Below are positions 37,793-47,561 of a stretch of DNA of 56,073 bases, one piece after another (within the stretch, counting starts at the first letter, position 1; each line of letters begins with the position of its first letter). A program made the position numbers and the translations under genes. The stretch is taken from NCBI GenBank assembly GCA_964631995.1, contig CAZWAU010000057.1:1-56073 (forward strand), in the 5' to 3' direction. The notes under the pieces are model-generated. The model saw only the letters and a list, made by a program, of their open reading frames with translations, was not told the origin of the DNA and did not search any database. Source of the DNA: an uncultured Nitrososphaerota archaeon. GTDB taxonomy: Archaea > Thermoproteota > EX4484-205 > DTQO01.

Positions 37793-37963
37793 ATGGGGAG
37801 ATAATAATTTTACCTTAATTCAAAGGAAGGGTCAAAATTCAAGGGCAGAGAAGAATAACAGCATAGGGTCTGATGTTGGAGCTGATGAACTGAAAGCGAT
37901 AGGTTGTTAGTTGGAAGTTATATTTCCTGTATCACTTTATCTTGCAGCTTCCCCCTAGGAAGG

Positions 37964-38515
37964 CTAACGATGGCCTAAAATCTCATCTATGTACCATTCG
38001 ATGTTTTGGGCATATGTAACTCCAACCAGCTTATACTTTACGTATCCGCGTTGATCGATTATGAATGTCGTCGGAAATCCAGTAACTCTATACTTGGAGG
38101 CAGCTCCCACAACATCTCTTGCCCAAGTCCAGTTTGCGCCATTGGTTTTGGCAAATTGCTGAAGGGTTTCCTCTGTGTCTACAAACGGTGAACCGCTAAT
38201 GGAAATTAAAACAATCTTGTCGCTGTATTTATCCCAAATCTTCTTCAGCTCTAAAACCTGCGCCCTGCAGTAACTGCAGGAAGTTTCCATGAAATTTACC
38301 AAAATTACCTTTCCCCTGTTCTCTTCGATTGAAAAATTACTTCCCGATAGGGTTTTGGTGTTGAAGTCTTCAGCCAGAGTATTCTCTTCTTTGAATTGTA
38401 AATTTGAACCTATGAATATTGCTAAGAGCAAAATAAGTGCAGCAGGGAAAGCGTACCAATTTGATGTGGAATATCTTTTCCTTCCTATATTCATTCTCCT
38501 TGGCTCGGAACCCAT
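37964..38515 (-). CDS. membrane-anchored TlpA/ResA-like thiol-disulfide oxidoreductase
   Basis: It has an N-terminal TM and a thioredoxin fold with VILVNFMETSCSYCRAQ (CxxC). Confidence 0.8.
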   Translation of the reverse strand: MGSEPRRMNIGRKRYSTSNWYAFPAALILLLAIFIGSNLQFKEENTLAEDFNTKTLSGSNFSIEENRGKVILVNFMETSCSYCRAQVLELKKIWDKYSDKIVLISISGSPFVDTEETLQQFAKTNGANWTWARDVVGAASKYRVTGFPTTFIIDQRGYVKYKLVGVTYAQNIEWYIDEILGHR

Positions 38516-38671
38516 TCCCAGTCTTACATAAATGACTCGTCATGCTTTACATTTAGATTGCCGATTACGTTTTCTTATATCCAGTAGAATAATAATTACA
38601 TTTGAGTGTATTGTGGCATTCCCATTTTACGTTTGAGTTATATGTAGATAATCGCATGTCCATCTGTCTCG

Positions 38672-39442
38672 TCAAATGAAAAGATTTTGCTTCATAGGTC
38701 TTACCAAAATATTGGCACCTTTGGATGATACCCTATATTTATAACCCCTGATTATGGCTACTGGGATGGCTTCGTTTGCGCTTCCCGTTACAAGCTCGGC
38801 TGCGCTGGCAATCTCGTCGATAACAGCGATCTGCTTGACTTTTAGCTTGTAGCCGCATAGATCTTTTTTACCTCTCAGGTCCGCGATTGGTGCAATACCA
38901 GCAGAACCTATTGCGATGTTGATATCTCCGCGCCGAAATGGTCTACCATGTGTATCTGAAAGCACAACACCGACCTTGAGGCCCCGTTTCCTGAAGCAAG
39001 CTCGAAACCTTCTGGCTGACGCGTCTGGGTCCTTTGGCAAAGCTACTACAGATTCTCCTCCATCGACATTTGAGAGATCTACACCTGAATTTGCAACTAT
39101 GAATCCGTTGTGCGTTTCAGTTATCAAATGGTGGCCCACAAGCCTGATTATTCTTTTCGCCTCGCGTAGAATCGCCTGTACATGCTCAGGAGCCTTTCCA
39201 GTCTCTTCCGCTATTAGCGACGCTGCAATGGAGTTCTTAATGTTCCGCAACCTGTAAACTCTACCTTCCGACTTCGAAACGGCCTTGCTGGTTATGACAA
39301 TTATGTCTCCATTCCTTATCGGCGTGTCCTGCTTTTTTGCCGCCTCTATTACCAAGGACACTAGGTCGTCTCCCTTCTCGACCATTTTGATACCCTTGAC
39401 ACCGATTATTCTAATTCCGGAAGTTTTCAAATCGCTCTGCAC
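38672..39442 (-). CDS. cofE: coenzyme F420-0:L-glutamate ligase
   Basis: It has GDIIVITSKAVSKSEGRV and FIVANSGVDLSNV. Confidence 0.8.
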   Translation of the reverse strand: MQSDLKTSGIRIIGVKGIKMVEKGDDLVSLVIEAAKKQDTPIRNGDIIVITSKAVSKSEGRVYRLRNIKNSIAASLIAEETGKAPEHVQAILREAKRIIRLVGHHLITETHNGFIVANSGVDLSNVDGGESVVALPKDPDASARRFRACFRKRGLKVGVVLSDTHGRPFRRGDINIAIGSAGIAPIADLRGKKDLCGYKLKVKQIAVIDEIASAAELVTGSANEAIPVAIIRGYKYRVSSKGANILVRPMKQNLFI

Positions 39443-39529
39443 TGTGCCTCAAAAAGCATGGTCTTGTGGGAAAAAAGCTTTACTTAACGATGCCTTTTAG
39501 GAAAAAATGCGAAGATTGCCAAGCTCAAT

Positions 39530-40114
39530 GTGCATTTCCTTCTGGAGAAGACTTTTCAGCATGTTTTTCACGTCGTTGTGCGCGAGGGAAAGCTTATCAC
39601 GATTCTATCTCGACCTGAGATTCTCAGGCTGATCGAAGAGGGAAGGTTAAAAATAAAGCCGTTTGAGGAGGAGCAAGTAGGTCCAGGAAGTATCGACCTA
39701 ACGCTGGGGAACCGGTTCAGGGTCTTCAAGAAGATTGATGGAATAGTGCATATCAGAGGGGACATTAGCGCCAACAAGTTCACGAGGCTAAAAACTGTGA
39801 GAGATGGGGGACACATTCTTCTTATGCCAGGTGAACTCGTGCATGGTATCACAAAGGAGCTTGTTGAACTTCCAGACGACATTGCGGGATGGATAGAGGG
39901 GCGTTCAAGCTATGCGAGAATGGGTCTCATGGTACACATGTCGGCAGGCCTAGTGCAACCTGGCACTAGGAACAAGCAAGTCCTTGAAGTGAGCAATATG
40001 TCGCCTTTTCCGATAGCTCTCTATCCTGGCACAAGGATCTGCCAGCTCGTCCTCGAGTCTGTTCGAGGAAAGGCAAGGTATAGGGGAAGGTTTAGGCGGC
40101 AAAGAGCGCCGTAA
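39530..40114 (+). CDS. dcd: dCTP deaminase
   Basis: It has GPGSIDLTLGNRFRVF and GWIEGRSSYARMGL. The start is uncertain: GTG 39530 or GTG 39578. The latter gives the usual N-terminal length. Confidence 0.9.
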   Translation: MHFLLEKTFQHVFHVVVREGKLITILSRPEILRLIEEGRLKIKPFEEEQVGPGSIDLTLGNRFRVFKKIDGIVHIRGDISANKFTRLKTVRDGGHILLMPGELVHGITKELVELPDDIAGWIEGRSSYARMGLMVHMSAGLVQPGTRNKQVLEVSNMSPFPIALYPGTRICQLVLESVRGKARYRGRFRRQRAP

Positions 40115-40177
40115 TCACCGTTAAACTCCGATTAGAATCTTTTATCAACTAGTTGAACATAGGAATAGCAGTTAAGA

Positions 40178-41014
40178 TTGAGCACAGGTATGGTTCCTTC
40201 TCCCGTAGTTAGGGACGTTTTGTGCAGGACCGCTCTTGGCGAAAGCAGGCTTCCAGGATACGACTACTGCCTCAATCCATATGTGGGGTGTGGCCACGCT
40301 TGCATATACTGCTATGCCAGAAGCTACTCTCTTAGGCGTGGAAGGACCGAAAGGTGGGGAAGTTACGTCGATGTGAAACGAAACGTTGCAGAGGTTTTGG
40401 CGAACGAAGTTAGAAAGAACTTGAGGAGAGGTGTTGTAGGTATCAGTACACTCACAGATGCTTACCAGCCGATCGAGGCGACCCGTTGCCTTTCAAGGAG
40501 GTGCCTCAGACTCCTTTTGGAAAACGGCTTCCGCGTGGCGATACAGACGAAGTCCGACCTTGTCCTGAGAGACATCGAATTACTGGTGAAACATGGTTAT
40601 GATGTAAGCCTGGGCGTTACGATCACAACGCTCGATAAGGAATTAGCAAGGCAGATCGAACCAGGGGCTCCTAATCCTGAAAGGAGGGTTGAAGTCCTAT
40701 CAAGGGCTATTTCGGCTGGGCTGGAAACATGGATCTTTGTTGGGCCAATACTGCCTTACCTGACAGACAACAATCTGAAAGAGATTCTAGATGTTGCGAA
40801 ATCTCTGAATGTTGGGGAGGTGCTTTTCGACAGGCTTAACATTAGGCCTGGCGTCTGGTCTTCAGTTTCGGAGTTTTTAAGGATAAATTACCCTGAGCTA
40901 CTTCAGAAGTATGCAGACATATTTTTTGGGAAGGCACAGTTTTACCAATCCCTTAAGGAACGACTGGAGGCTGAGGCTTCTGCTAGAGGGTTAAAATACA
41001 GCTTCTGCTTCTGA
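40178..41014 (+). CDS. radical SAM protein, SplB/DNA-photolyase-like (COG1533)
   Basis: It has LNPYVGCGHACIYCYAR (CX3CX2C). Confidence 0.85.
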   Translation: MSTGMVPSPVVRDVLCRTALGESRLPGYDYCLNPYVGCGHACIYCYARSYSLRRGRTERWGSYVDVKRNVAEVLANEVRKNLRRGVVGISTLTDAYQPIEATRCLSRRCLRLLLENGFRVAIQTKSDLVLRDIELLVKHGYDVSLGVTITTLDKELARQIEPGAPNPERRVEVLSRAISAGLETWIFVGPILPYLTDNNLKEILDVAKSLNVGEVLFDRLNIRPGVWSSVSEFLRINYPELLQKYADIFFGKAQFYQSLKERLEAEASARGLKYSFCF

Positions 41015-41174
41015 GCCCTTTTCGAAACTGTGTGGTAATTTTTTCATTAGCACATATAGAGGCATAGTTGTTCAAATCTACATACTGGGTGTATGCTGGA
41101 TTCCGCCCCCTTTAAAATTCATGCAACCACGATACTGCCCCTGAGAAGACCTGATACTTTGTATTTTATGCGCA

Positions 41175-41319
41175 TGCGGAGAGTGGGATAACTGGAGGCT
41201 TCGAACCTCTCTCGGACCCACGATCCCCTTCGGGACAGGGTTCTAAGCCCTGCGCGTTAACCAAGCCTCGCGGCCATGACCCCCTGACCCTGGGGCACAC
41301 GTTCTTTCGCTATCTCCGC
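41175..41319 (-). tRNA. tRNA-Leu (anticodon TAG) gene, 145 nt, interrupted by two insertions at non-canonical positions
   Basis: The minus strand reads GCGGAGA-TA-GCG-[39 nt]-AGGCTTGGTTAA-CGC-G-CAGGG-CTTAGAA-CCCTG-TCCCGAAGGGGATC-GTGGG-[29 nt]-CCCAC-TCTCCGC-A. The acceptor stem is perfect (7 bp). The anticodon and T stems are 5 bp each, and there is a type II variable arm. No CCA is encoded. Removing the two insertions gives about 84 nt. Confidence 0.65.
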
Positions 41320-41477
41320 GGGCCTTCCTTTTTATTTGGGTACACTTTAGTCTTTCTGCAATGCTTCGCTCGAAGTGTTTTTGTCTATTAATTTATTTCA
41401 AGATAGAACCTAACGCAACCAATTGTTAAAAATGCCGAAACTACCCTAGAATTCCTATGTGTTTTTCAAAATTTTCC

Positions 41478-41858
41478 CTATGCCACTCCCTTCGTCCGAA
41501 TCGCTTCCAACTTTGCAAGTTCGCTGTAATATTCGCCACTCTCGATCTTCTCACACAAGTGTGTCAGTACGTCGTGTACCTCGGTGAAGTACGTTCTGTC
41601 AGCTTCACAGAAATCCCTTTGGCCGATCTCCGTAGCCCTAGCCCATAGCCCTAGGCCCGCTTCTCTTAGGGTGTGGAATAGTACTCGGTGTCTCGCTTCA
41701 ACAAGTTGATCATAGACCTGGTCAGCCAAAACTATCAGGTCTTCGCCAGTACCGGCAAGATGTTCGGAGTCTGAGGAGCAGGTATACTCCTGGAGCTTTA
41801 TTACTATCAGGCTCAGCCTTTCTTGGATAGTTAACAATACTGCCCCTACGCTTTCCAA
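41478..41858 (-). CDS. hypothetical protein (126 aa, helical)
   Basis: This is an ORF only; I recognise no motif. Confidence 0.35.
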   Translation of the reverse strand: MESVGAVLLTIQERLSLIVIKLQEYTCSSDSEHLAGTGEDLIVLADQVYDQLVEARHRVLFHTLREAGLGLWARATEIGQRDFCEADRTYFTEVHDVLTHLCEKIESGEYYSELAKLEAIRTKGVA

Positions 41859-42582
41859 TCTTCTAGCAATATAGGGTGGTGGAACCTAGATAAGGTCTTC
41901 CATAACGATCTATTTGAACTGAAGGTTGCTTGGCCATACTTAGAACCAAGATAATTAACTGGTATGCAACGAATTCGATTTAAAGTACGATTTGGGATTT
42001 GCAATTATGTGAAGATCGGGCATTAACCATTATTGAAATCCTGCAGTAGCATCCATAATCTAGCAATTTAGAGCTAGAATTCCAAAAATCAGCTAAATAA
42101 TAAACGCAAGCAAAACATCATGTTTAAAATGGAATGGAAAGAGCTAGATGACTTCAGTATGCACGGCAAAATCTTGGTCTTTTGCATAGCCAAATCCGCT
42201 TAAACCGCTGCCAACTCGCTATCTGGAGGAATTTAACGAGATAGGAGGTACGCTTGGCAGTTAGAAATGGCTTTGTAATGGGCGCAATGCATCTGATTCT
42301 CTGCGAGAAATCCGATCTCCGTAGCCATAGACTTGGAATTTGAATGGCTCTTCTGCAAAAGCGCTAATCGCTAAGTCTGCTCCGTAGGTAAAAATCGAGA
42401 ATAAATTCGCAGGATACAACATCTCGATGTCCCAGTATCCATGACGGCCCCTAGTTTACCTAGATCTCCAACTTGGTGCATTATGTAAACATCTTAGGAT
42501 TGATGGTCAACGCCATCGTGATCATTCATTTGTGACTGCATAAAAAGAGCTAAAAAGAAGGGTTTCTAAACAGCACTCTATC

Positions 42583-43020
42583 CTATTCCCCAACAGCCTG
42601 CACTACCAAATCTCTCGACCTGCCACGAATATCGAACTCGACGAAAACGACTTGCTGCCAAGTGCCAAGTGTTAACCTTCCTTCTACAAACGGGATTGTA
42701 ATGCTTGGTCCTAAGAGGGCTGCCCTGACATGTGAGTGACCGTTCCCATCGTGCCACCGCCTCTCGTGCTCATAATCCGCCTCCCTTGGAGCTACCCTTT
42801 CAAGCATCGTTGGTAAATCTCGAAGGAGACCAGGTTCGTACTCCATCGTTGTGATGGCGCCAGTAGATCCTTGGACGAATATCGTGATGGTGCCATTTCT
42901 CAATTTTGTCGATCTTAAAGCTTCTTCTACATCTGCTGTGATATCTATGATTTCGCCCTCCTTTCGAGTATTCAGCTTTATGTGCCTAGTCGCAACGGTA
43001 ACAGCCAATCCACACATCAC
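42583..43020 (-). CDS. YjbQ/UPF0047 family protein
   Basis: It has ITIFVQGSTGAITTMEYEPGL, DGNGHSHVRAALLGPS and LGTWQQVVFVEFD. Confidence 0.85.
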   Translation of the reverse strand: MMCGLAVTVATRHIKLNTRKEGEIIDITADVEEALRSTKLRNGTITIFVQGSTGAITTMEYEPGLLRDLPTMLERVAPREADYEHERRWHDGNGHSHVRAALLGPSITIPFVEGRLTLGTWQQVVFVEFDIRGRSRDLVVQAVGE

Positions 43021-43043
43021 AGAGCGAAGCTATATTAAGTACG

Positions 43044-43589
43044 CTAAAAATCTAGCCCCGGTTTACGGCTCATCTCATGGAGCTTTTCCTTCTCAGCGAA
43101 TTCCGAAAGCCTTTGCAGAAGCGATCCCATGAGCTGCTCGGGCTTCTCTGGAGGAGCCTGCTCTGTGCCTTCCCCGATGGTGAGGAGCTGCTCACCAAGC
43201 TGCGTTGAGCACTCTTGGGAAGTTATGATTAGGGCTTTCAGTTTTTTCTCCAAGAGCTCGACCTCGCCAAGTCTAGCTAATGCCCTTCTGTGCCAACGAG
43301 TCAGCAACTCGACATATTTTCCGATCGCAATTTTTTCAAGCTCAAGTTCTGCCAATGAATCCTTGACCGTTGAAAGCATCTCCGCTTTCTTCCTTTCCAT
43401 GAATGTGGCTCTATTTCTAAGTTGTCGAAATATGTCGCTTCGAACCATCTCCCCGAACTGCTTGTTTAGGGTTAGCTCATGCAGCTTTTGGCTCTGCTGT
43501 GCCAACCCCATCATTGCTGATATGAGAATGTTGAACTCGTTTATGAAATCCTCGGTGCCCATGCAATCGTAGCTCAATCTATGGTCCAA
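43044..43589 (-). CDS. hypothetical coiled-coil protein (181 aa)
   Basis: It is an ORF with heptad-like E/K/L-rich sequence and no recognised motif. Confidence 0.4.
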   Translation of the reverse strand: MDHRLSYDCMGTEDFINEFNILISAMMGLAQQSQKLHELTLNKQFGEMVRSDIFRQLRNRATFMERKKAEMLSTVKDSLAELELEKIAIGKYVELLTRWHRRALARLGEVELLEKKLKALIITSQECSTQLGEQLLTIGEGTEQAPPEKPEQLMGSLLQRLSEFAEKEKLHEMSRKPGLDF

Positions 43590-43834
43590 TATGGTTTACA
43601 ATGTGGCAAAATAAAGTTTTTGCCTTAAATTTTTGACCAATATTTAATTTAGAAACCAATACAAGTTCTTCTAGAATTTTTCTCCTCAAAATTGGATGAT
43701 ACAACCAGACTCTCAGAGTATTACGCTTTATTGCTGATGTGGGAAAAACAATAAAATGAAAAATAGGCAAATTGAGGAATATTACTATACATCAGTATAA
43801 AATTAAATATACTTTTGTATAGATGTAGAACTCT

Positions 43835-44584
43835 GTGATAGACGAGTACTCAAGTAAACTGCTTCTCTTCCTAGCTCAGAAGGGTAGTGCTAGATTCAGC
43901 GATCTTAAGGACGCTATAAAAAATCCAAGGACACTTAAGAGAAAGCTTGACATGCTCTCTCTCCTCGATCTTGTAGAAAAAAGAAAAAAGGAGTATACTA
44001 TAACGGACAAGGGAAGAGATGTTTCGAGAAAGATCGATGATCTACTCTCGACTCTCGGGAAATCGGACCAAAGTGGGGAGATCGATCGATTACCCTATGC
44101 GTTTGCACCCATACTTAAAAGGTATCGTGATATAATCATCGATCACTTTGGGAAAAGGCTTGCAGGTATTCTTTTATTCGGTTCGGTTGCACGTGGGAAT
44201 TGGGGAAAAAATAGCGACATAGACCTATTAATCGTCGTTGATAGTTGGGAAAAACCTTCATGGGAAAGGTCTAGAGAAATGCAGAAGCTCAGGGCCAAGC
44301 TTAGGGGTAGTGAGGAATATCGTACACTTATCTCGAGGGGTTACATGCCGGCGATACAGCATTACCTCCTAGACACGAATGAGGCCAAGAGAACGAACAG
44401 GATATACATCGACGCTTGTATTGAGTCGGTGATTCTATACGAGAGGGAGAAGTTTCTCAGCGAAGTTCTACAAAGAGTCCGCGATAGATTGGAGCAACTG
44501 GGTGCTCGCAGGATCTACCGCCCAGGAAAGGGTCACCACTGGATCCTATGCGATGACATTCCCATCGAAGGGATAGAAATTTGA
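43835..44584 (+). CDS. wHTH + minimal nucleotidyltransferase (MNT) protein
   Basis: It has ILLFGSVARGNWGKNSDIDLLIVV (GSx10-15DxD) and an N-terminal wHTH-like segment. The start codon is GTG. Confidence 0.8.
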   Translation: MIDEYSSKLLLFLAQKGSARFSDLKDAIKNPRTLKRKLDMLSLLDLVEKRKKEYTITDKGRDVSRKIDDLLSTLGKSDQSGEIDRLPYAFAPILKRYRDIIIDHFGKRLAGILLFGSVARGNWGKNSDIDLLIVVDSWEKPSWERSREMQKLRAKLRGSEEYRTLISRGYMPAIQHYLLDTNEAKRTNRIYIDACIESVILYEREKFLSEVLQRVRDRLEQLGARRIYRPGKGHHWILCDDIPIEGIEI

Positions 44585-45012
44585 ACACTAAGGAGCTTGC
44601 AGCTCTTGGCATAGGTAGAGCTTCGAGGTGGCTCCAAGGAGCTAGGAGGGCATATGAGGATGGAAGGTGGGATGATGTTGTCTACAACGCTGAGATGGCT
44701 GCTGAGCAAGCTTTGAAGGCGGTTCTCATTTTCTTCGGCATAGATTATCCCAAAGAACACGACGTTAGCGATGCAATACTACAACTTGTGGAAAAGGAAG
44801 GCATTCCAGTTTGGTTCAAGGAGCAGCTTGAGACCATGGCTGAGGCTATATCTGAGCTTTCAGATCAAAGGGGGCTGGCAGGATATGGATTTGAGCAGGG
44901 AATAACTGCAGAATACTTCAAGGACTATGCGCCTCAGGCTCTAGCAAAAGCTGAAAGCACCTTCTCGAACTGCGATAAACTCATGAAGAATCTATTGAAG
45001 AGCAGGAGATAA
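44581..45012 (+). CDS. HEPN-domain protein (partner of MNT)
   Basis: It is a helical ~140 aa protein with ARRAYEDGRWDDVVYNAEMAAEQALKAVL. Its TTG start overlaps the MNT TGA. Confidence 0.75.
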   Translation: MNTKELAALGIGRASRWLQGARRAYEDGRWDDVVYNAEMAAEQALKAVLIFFGIDYPKEHDVSDAILQLVEKEGIPVWFKEQLETMAEAISELSDQRGLAGYGFEQGITAEYFKDYAPQALAKAESTFSNCDKLMKNLLKSRR

Positions 45013-45069
45013 TTTTGAGGAATCGATACGATGTGTTCCACACGATAGTTAGCGAAAACACTACTTTCA

Positions 45070-45515
45070 AAGGTGCATCTGGCGTAGGGGTAAAGTGGGC
45101 TGGCTGTAATGGTTATGGGCACCTCTTGAAAAGCCTATCGAGATTGGGCTTACCAACATAAAGTATCTTCATCAAGGGAGGATAGCTGACCTTAGCGGTA
45201 GTTCCGATACTCGAAAAGTGCATCATCGGCTGTGTTGCAATCCTCCTATGCAAGGGGATGAAGCTCGGAATAAAATGCATTCTCTTTATTCATAAGAATA
45301 GATTCCTGCGTAGAATTGGCTTAAGCGATCGGTCAGGCTCCCTAGTAAAGGCATATTTCTCTATAGTCCTCCTCAGAGCCTGCATTACATTCTGTACCAT
45401 CTCCTCTCGAAATACGCTGTGTGCCATAATCAGGCTAGAGGCATCGTCCATGTAGGCTATCCACCATCTGCCATTACTCAGATCATAACGGACGAACGGA
45501 TCTTCCTGCCATCTA
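45070..45515 (-). pseudogene. decayed integrase-core (rve-type DDE) transposase remnant
   Basis: Minus-strand fragments lie in different frames separated by stops. One is ..RWWIAYMDDASSLIMAHSVFREEMVQNVMQALRRTIEKY.. and another is a C-terminal ..HNHYSQPTLPL.. (compare the YNHxRPHxSL tail). No intact ORF remains. Confidence 0.5.
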
Positions 45516-45621
45516 TCTTGGCCACAGCTGGACTATGGTAAGGGGTAAGATGATTTAGGAAAATGAGAGGTACATATATTCAGATTAAAACTTATCTGGA
45601 GCTTTTTCAATTCCGGAAGCA

Positions 45622-46974
45622 ATGGAGAAAAGTATGGCACTCTTCACCGACCTTTATGAGGTGACTATGGCACAATCATACTTTAAAACGGGAAACATAA
45701 TGGCTACCTTCGAGCTGTTCGTCAGAAGGCTTCCGCCCAATCGTGGATATTTGATCGCAGCCGGGTTGGAGGATGTTTGCAACTATCTGTTAAACTTTAG
45801 GTTTGATAAAAATGATTTGGAATTCTTGGAGGAGAAGGGCTTCGAAAAAAACTTTCTGAAATTCCTTTCTAGAGTTAGATTTACCGGGGACATGTGGGCA
45901 CTGCCTGAAGGTGAGCTGGTTTTTCAAAACGAGCCGATAATAAGGATCACAGCCCCGATAATAGAGGCACAGTTTTTCGAAACCTTCATTATAAATGCTG
46001 TCAACTTTCAAACACTAATCACAACTAAGGCCTCTAGGATCGTCAACTCTGCTAAAGGCAGGCCGATCATAGATTTTGGTTCGAGAAGGGCGCATGGTGT
46101 AGATGCTGGCCTGAAGGCTGCGAGGGCGAGCTATATTGGTGGTTGCACAGGAACCTCCAACGTCCTAGCTGGGAAACTTTACGGCATTCCTATTTTCGGA
46201 ACAATGGCACATTCCTACATTGAAGCATTCTCGAGCGAGAGGGAGGCGTTCAAAGCCTGGTTGAAGACAGGGGGGATTGATACAGTTCTACTCATAGATA
46301 CCTATGACACTCTATGTGGTGTTAAGAACGCTATTGAGGCTGTCGAGGAGTTGACAGGGAGAAAGGAGTTGAAGGGTGTTAGAATGGACTCTGGAGACAT
46401 GTTGAGCTTAAGTAAAGAGGTTAGGAGGTTTTTAGATGAAGCAGGGTTTAACTCTACAAAGATATTTGTAAGCAGCGGACTCGACGAATACGTGATAGAT
46501 GAATACTTAAGCAAGGATGCGCAGATCGATGTTTTTGGAGTGGGCTCCTCACTTGTAACCTCAGATGACGCTCCAAAGACGGACATGGTGTATAAGCTGG
46601 CTGAAAGCGAGGAGAACGGTAGGCTCGTACCTAGGATGAAGATCGCCGAGGGGGAGAAGGCAACCCTGCCCGGGGCAAAACAGATTTTTAGGGTTGAGAA
46701 GGATGGGAAGTATGTTAGTGATATTCTAGGGCTTACCGATGAGAACCTGAATGGAGAAAGAAAACTTATCCAGATATTTAAGGATGGCAGGCTAGTTTAC
46801 AAGCTTCCAAAGCTAGACGAGATAAGAGAGAAGGCTAAGAAAGAGCTGGAGAAGCTCCCAGAAAAATACAGGAGGATAAGAAACCCGGAGGCCTATCCCG
46901 TGGAGGTAAGCGATAAGGTAATGGATTTAGGCAGACAACTAATGAGGAAGCTATTTCCGGAGGGGCTTACTTGA
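45622..46974 (+). CDS. pncB: nicotinate phosphoribosyltransferase
   Basis: It has LFTDLYEVTMAQSYF, FGSRRAHG and GTMAHSYI. Confidence 0.9.
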   Translation: MEKSMALFTDLYEVTMAQSYFKTGNIMATFELFVRRLPPNRGYLIAAGLEDVCNYLLNFRFDKNDLEFLEEKGFEKNFLKFLSRVRFTGDMWALPEGELVFQNEPIIRITAPIIEAQFFETFIINAVNFQTLITTKASRIVNSAKGRPIIDFGSRRAHGVDAGLKAARASYIGGCTGTSNVLAGKLYGIPIFGTMAHSYIEAFSSEREAFKAWLKTGGIDTVLLIDTYDTLCGVKNAIEAVEELTGRKELKGVRMDSGDMLSLSKEVRRFLDEAGFNSTKIFVSSGLDEYVIDEYLSKDAQIDVFGVGSSLVTSDDAPKTDMVYKLAESEENGRLVPRMKIAEGEKATLPGAKQIFRVEKDGKYVSDILGLTDENLNGERKLIQIFKDGRLVYKLPKLDEIREKAKKELEKLPEKYRRIRNPEAYPVEVSDKVMDLGRQLMRKLFPEGLT

Positions 46975-46976
46975 TT

Positions 46977-47561
46977 CTAGAGCAGCAAGTCACTCAGCAT
47001 AATGCCTATCGCGCCTTTCGAAATCATTTCCTCAATGGCTTTTTCACCATCTCCAGGATTCAAGTCGACACCCTTAATAGCGTCGAGCAGCAATGCTGTT
47101 TCAAAACCAAGGTCGATCGAGTCTAGAACGGTCATCTTTACGCAGTAATCCGTAGCCAGCCCTCCGATGAAAAGCCTCTTTACACCAAGTCTATGTAACT
47201 CCAGATCCAAAACTGTTTCTTGAAAACCTGAATATGCATCTCTCTCTGAGGAGAAGGCCTTGTCGATAATTCTAGCGTCTGCCGGCAAGCTTAGCCTACT
47301 TGATATTTGCGCACCCCAAGTGTTTTGAACACAATGTGTGGGCCAGGGTCCGCCTCTTTCACTAAAGCTTACATGACTCTTATTATGCCAGTCTCTAGTC
47401 GCGAAAATCGATAAGCCTCTCTCTGAAAAAAGCAGGATATATTTGTTCAAAGGCTCTAGGATCAAGTCTCCCTTAGGAACCGCCAAGGCACCTCCTGGAA
47501 GAAAATCGTTTTGAACGTCCACTATTACTAGGGCGCTTCTCCCAGTTAACGAAATCCTCAT
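46977..47561 (-). CDS. pncA: nicotinamidase/pyrazinamidase (isochorismatase family)
   Basis: It has ALVIVDVQNDFLPGGALAV and the catalytic Cys context GGLATDYCV. It is convergent with pncB, and the two stops are 2 nt apart. Confidence 0.9.
   Translation of the reverse strand: MRISLTGRSALVIVDVQNDFLPGGALAVPKGDLILEPLNKYILLFSERGLSIFATRDWHNKSHVSFSERGGPWPTHCVQNTWGAQISSRLSLPADARIIDKAFSSERDAYSGFQETVLDLELHRLGVKRLFIGGLATDYCVKMTVLDSIDLGFETALLLDAIKGVDLNPGDGEKAIEEMISKGAIGIMLSDLLL

Noticed and set aside
41190-41211. The idea that the nested T-arm-like hairpin in the tRNA marks an att-site duplication from an integrated element.
   Set aside because: No second copy of the GGTTCGAAGCCTCC segment or of the tRNA 3' half was found by eye elsewhere in the window. 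The hairpin is nested rather than tandem.
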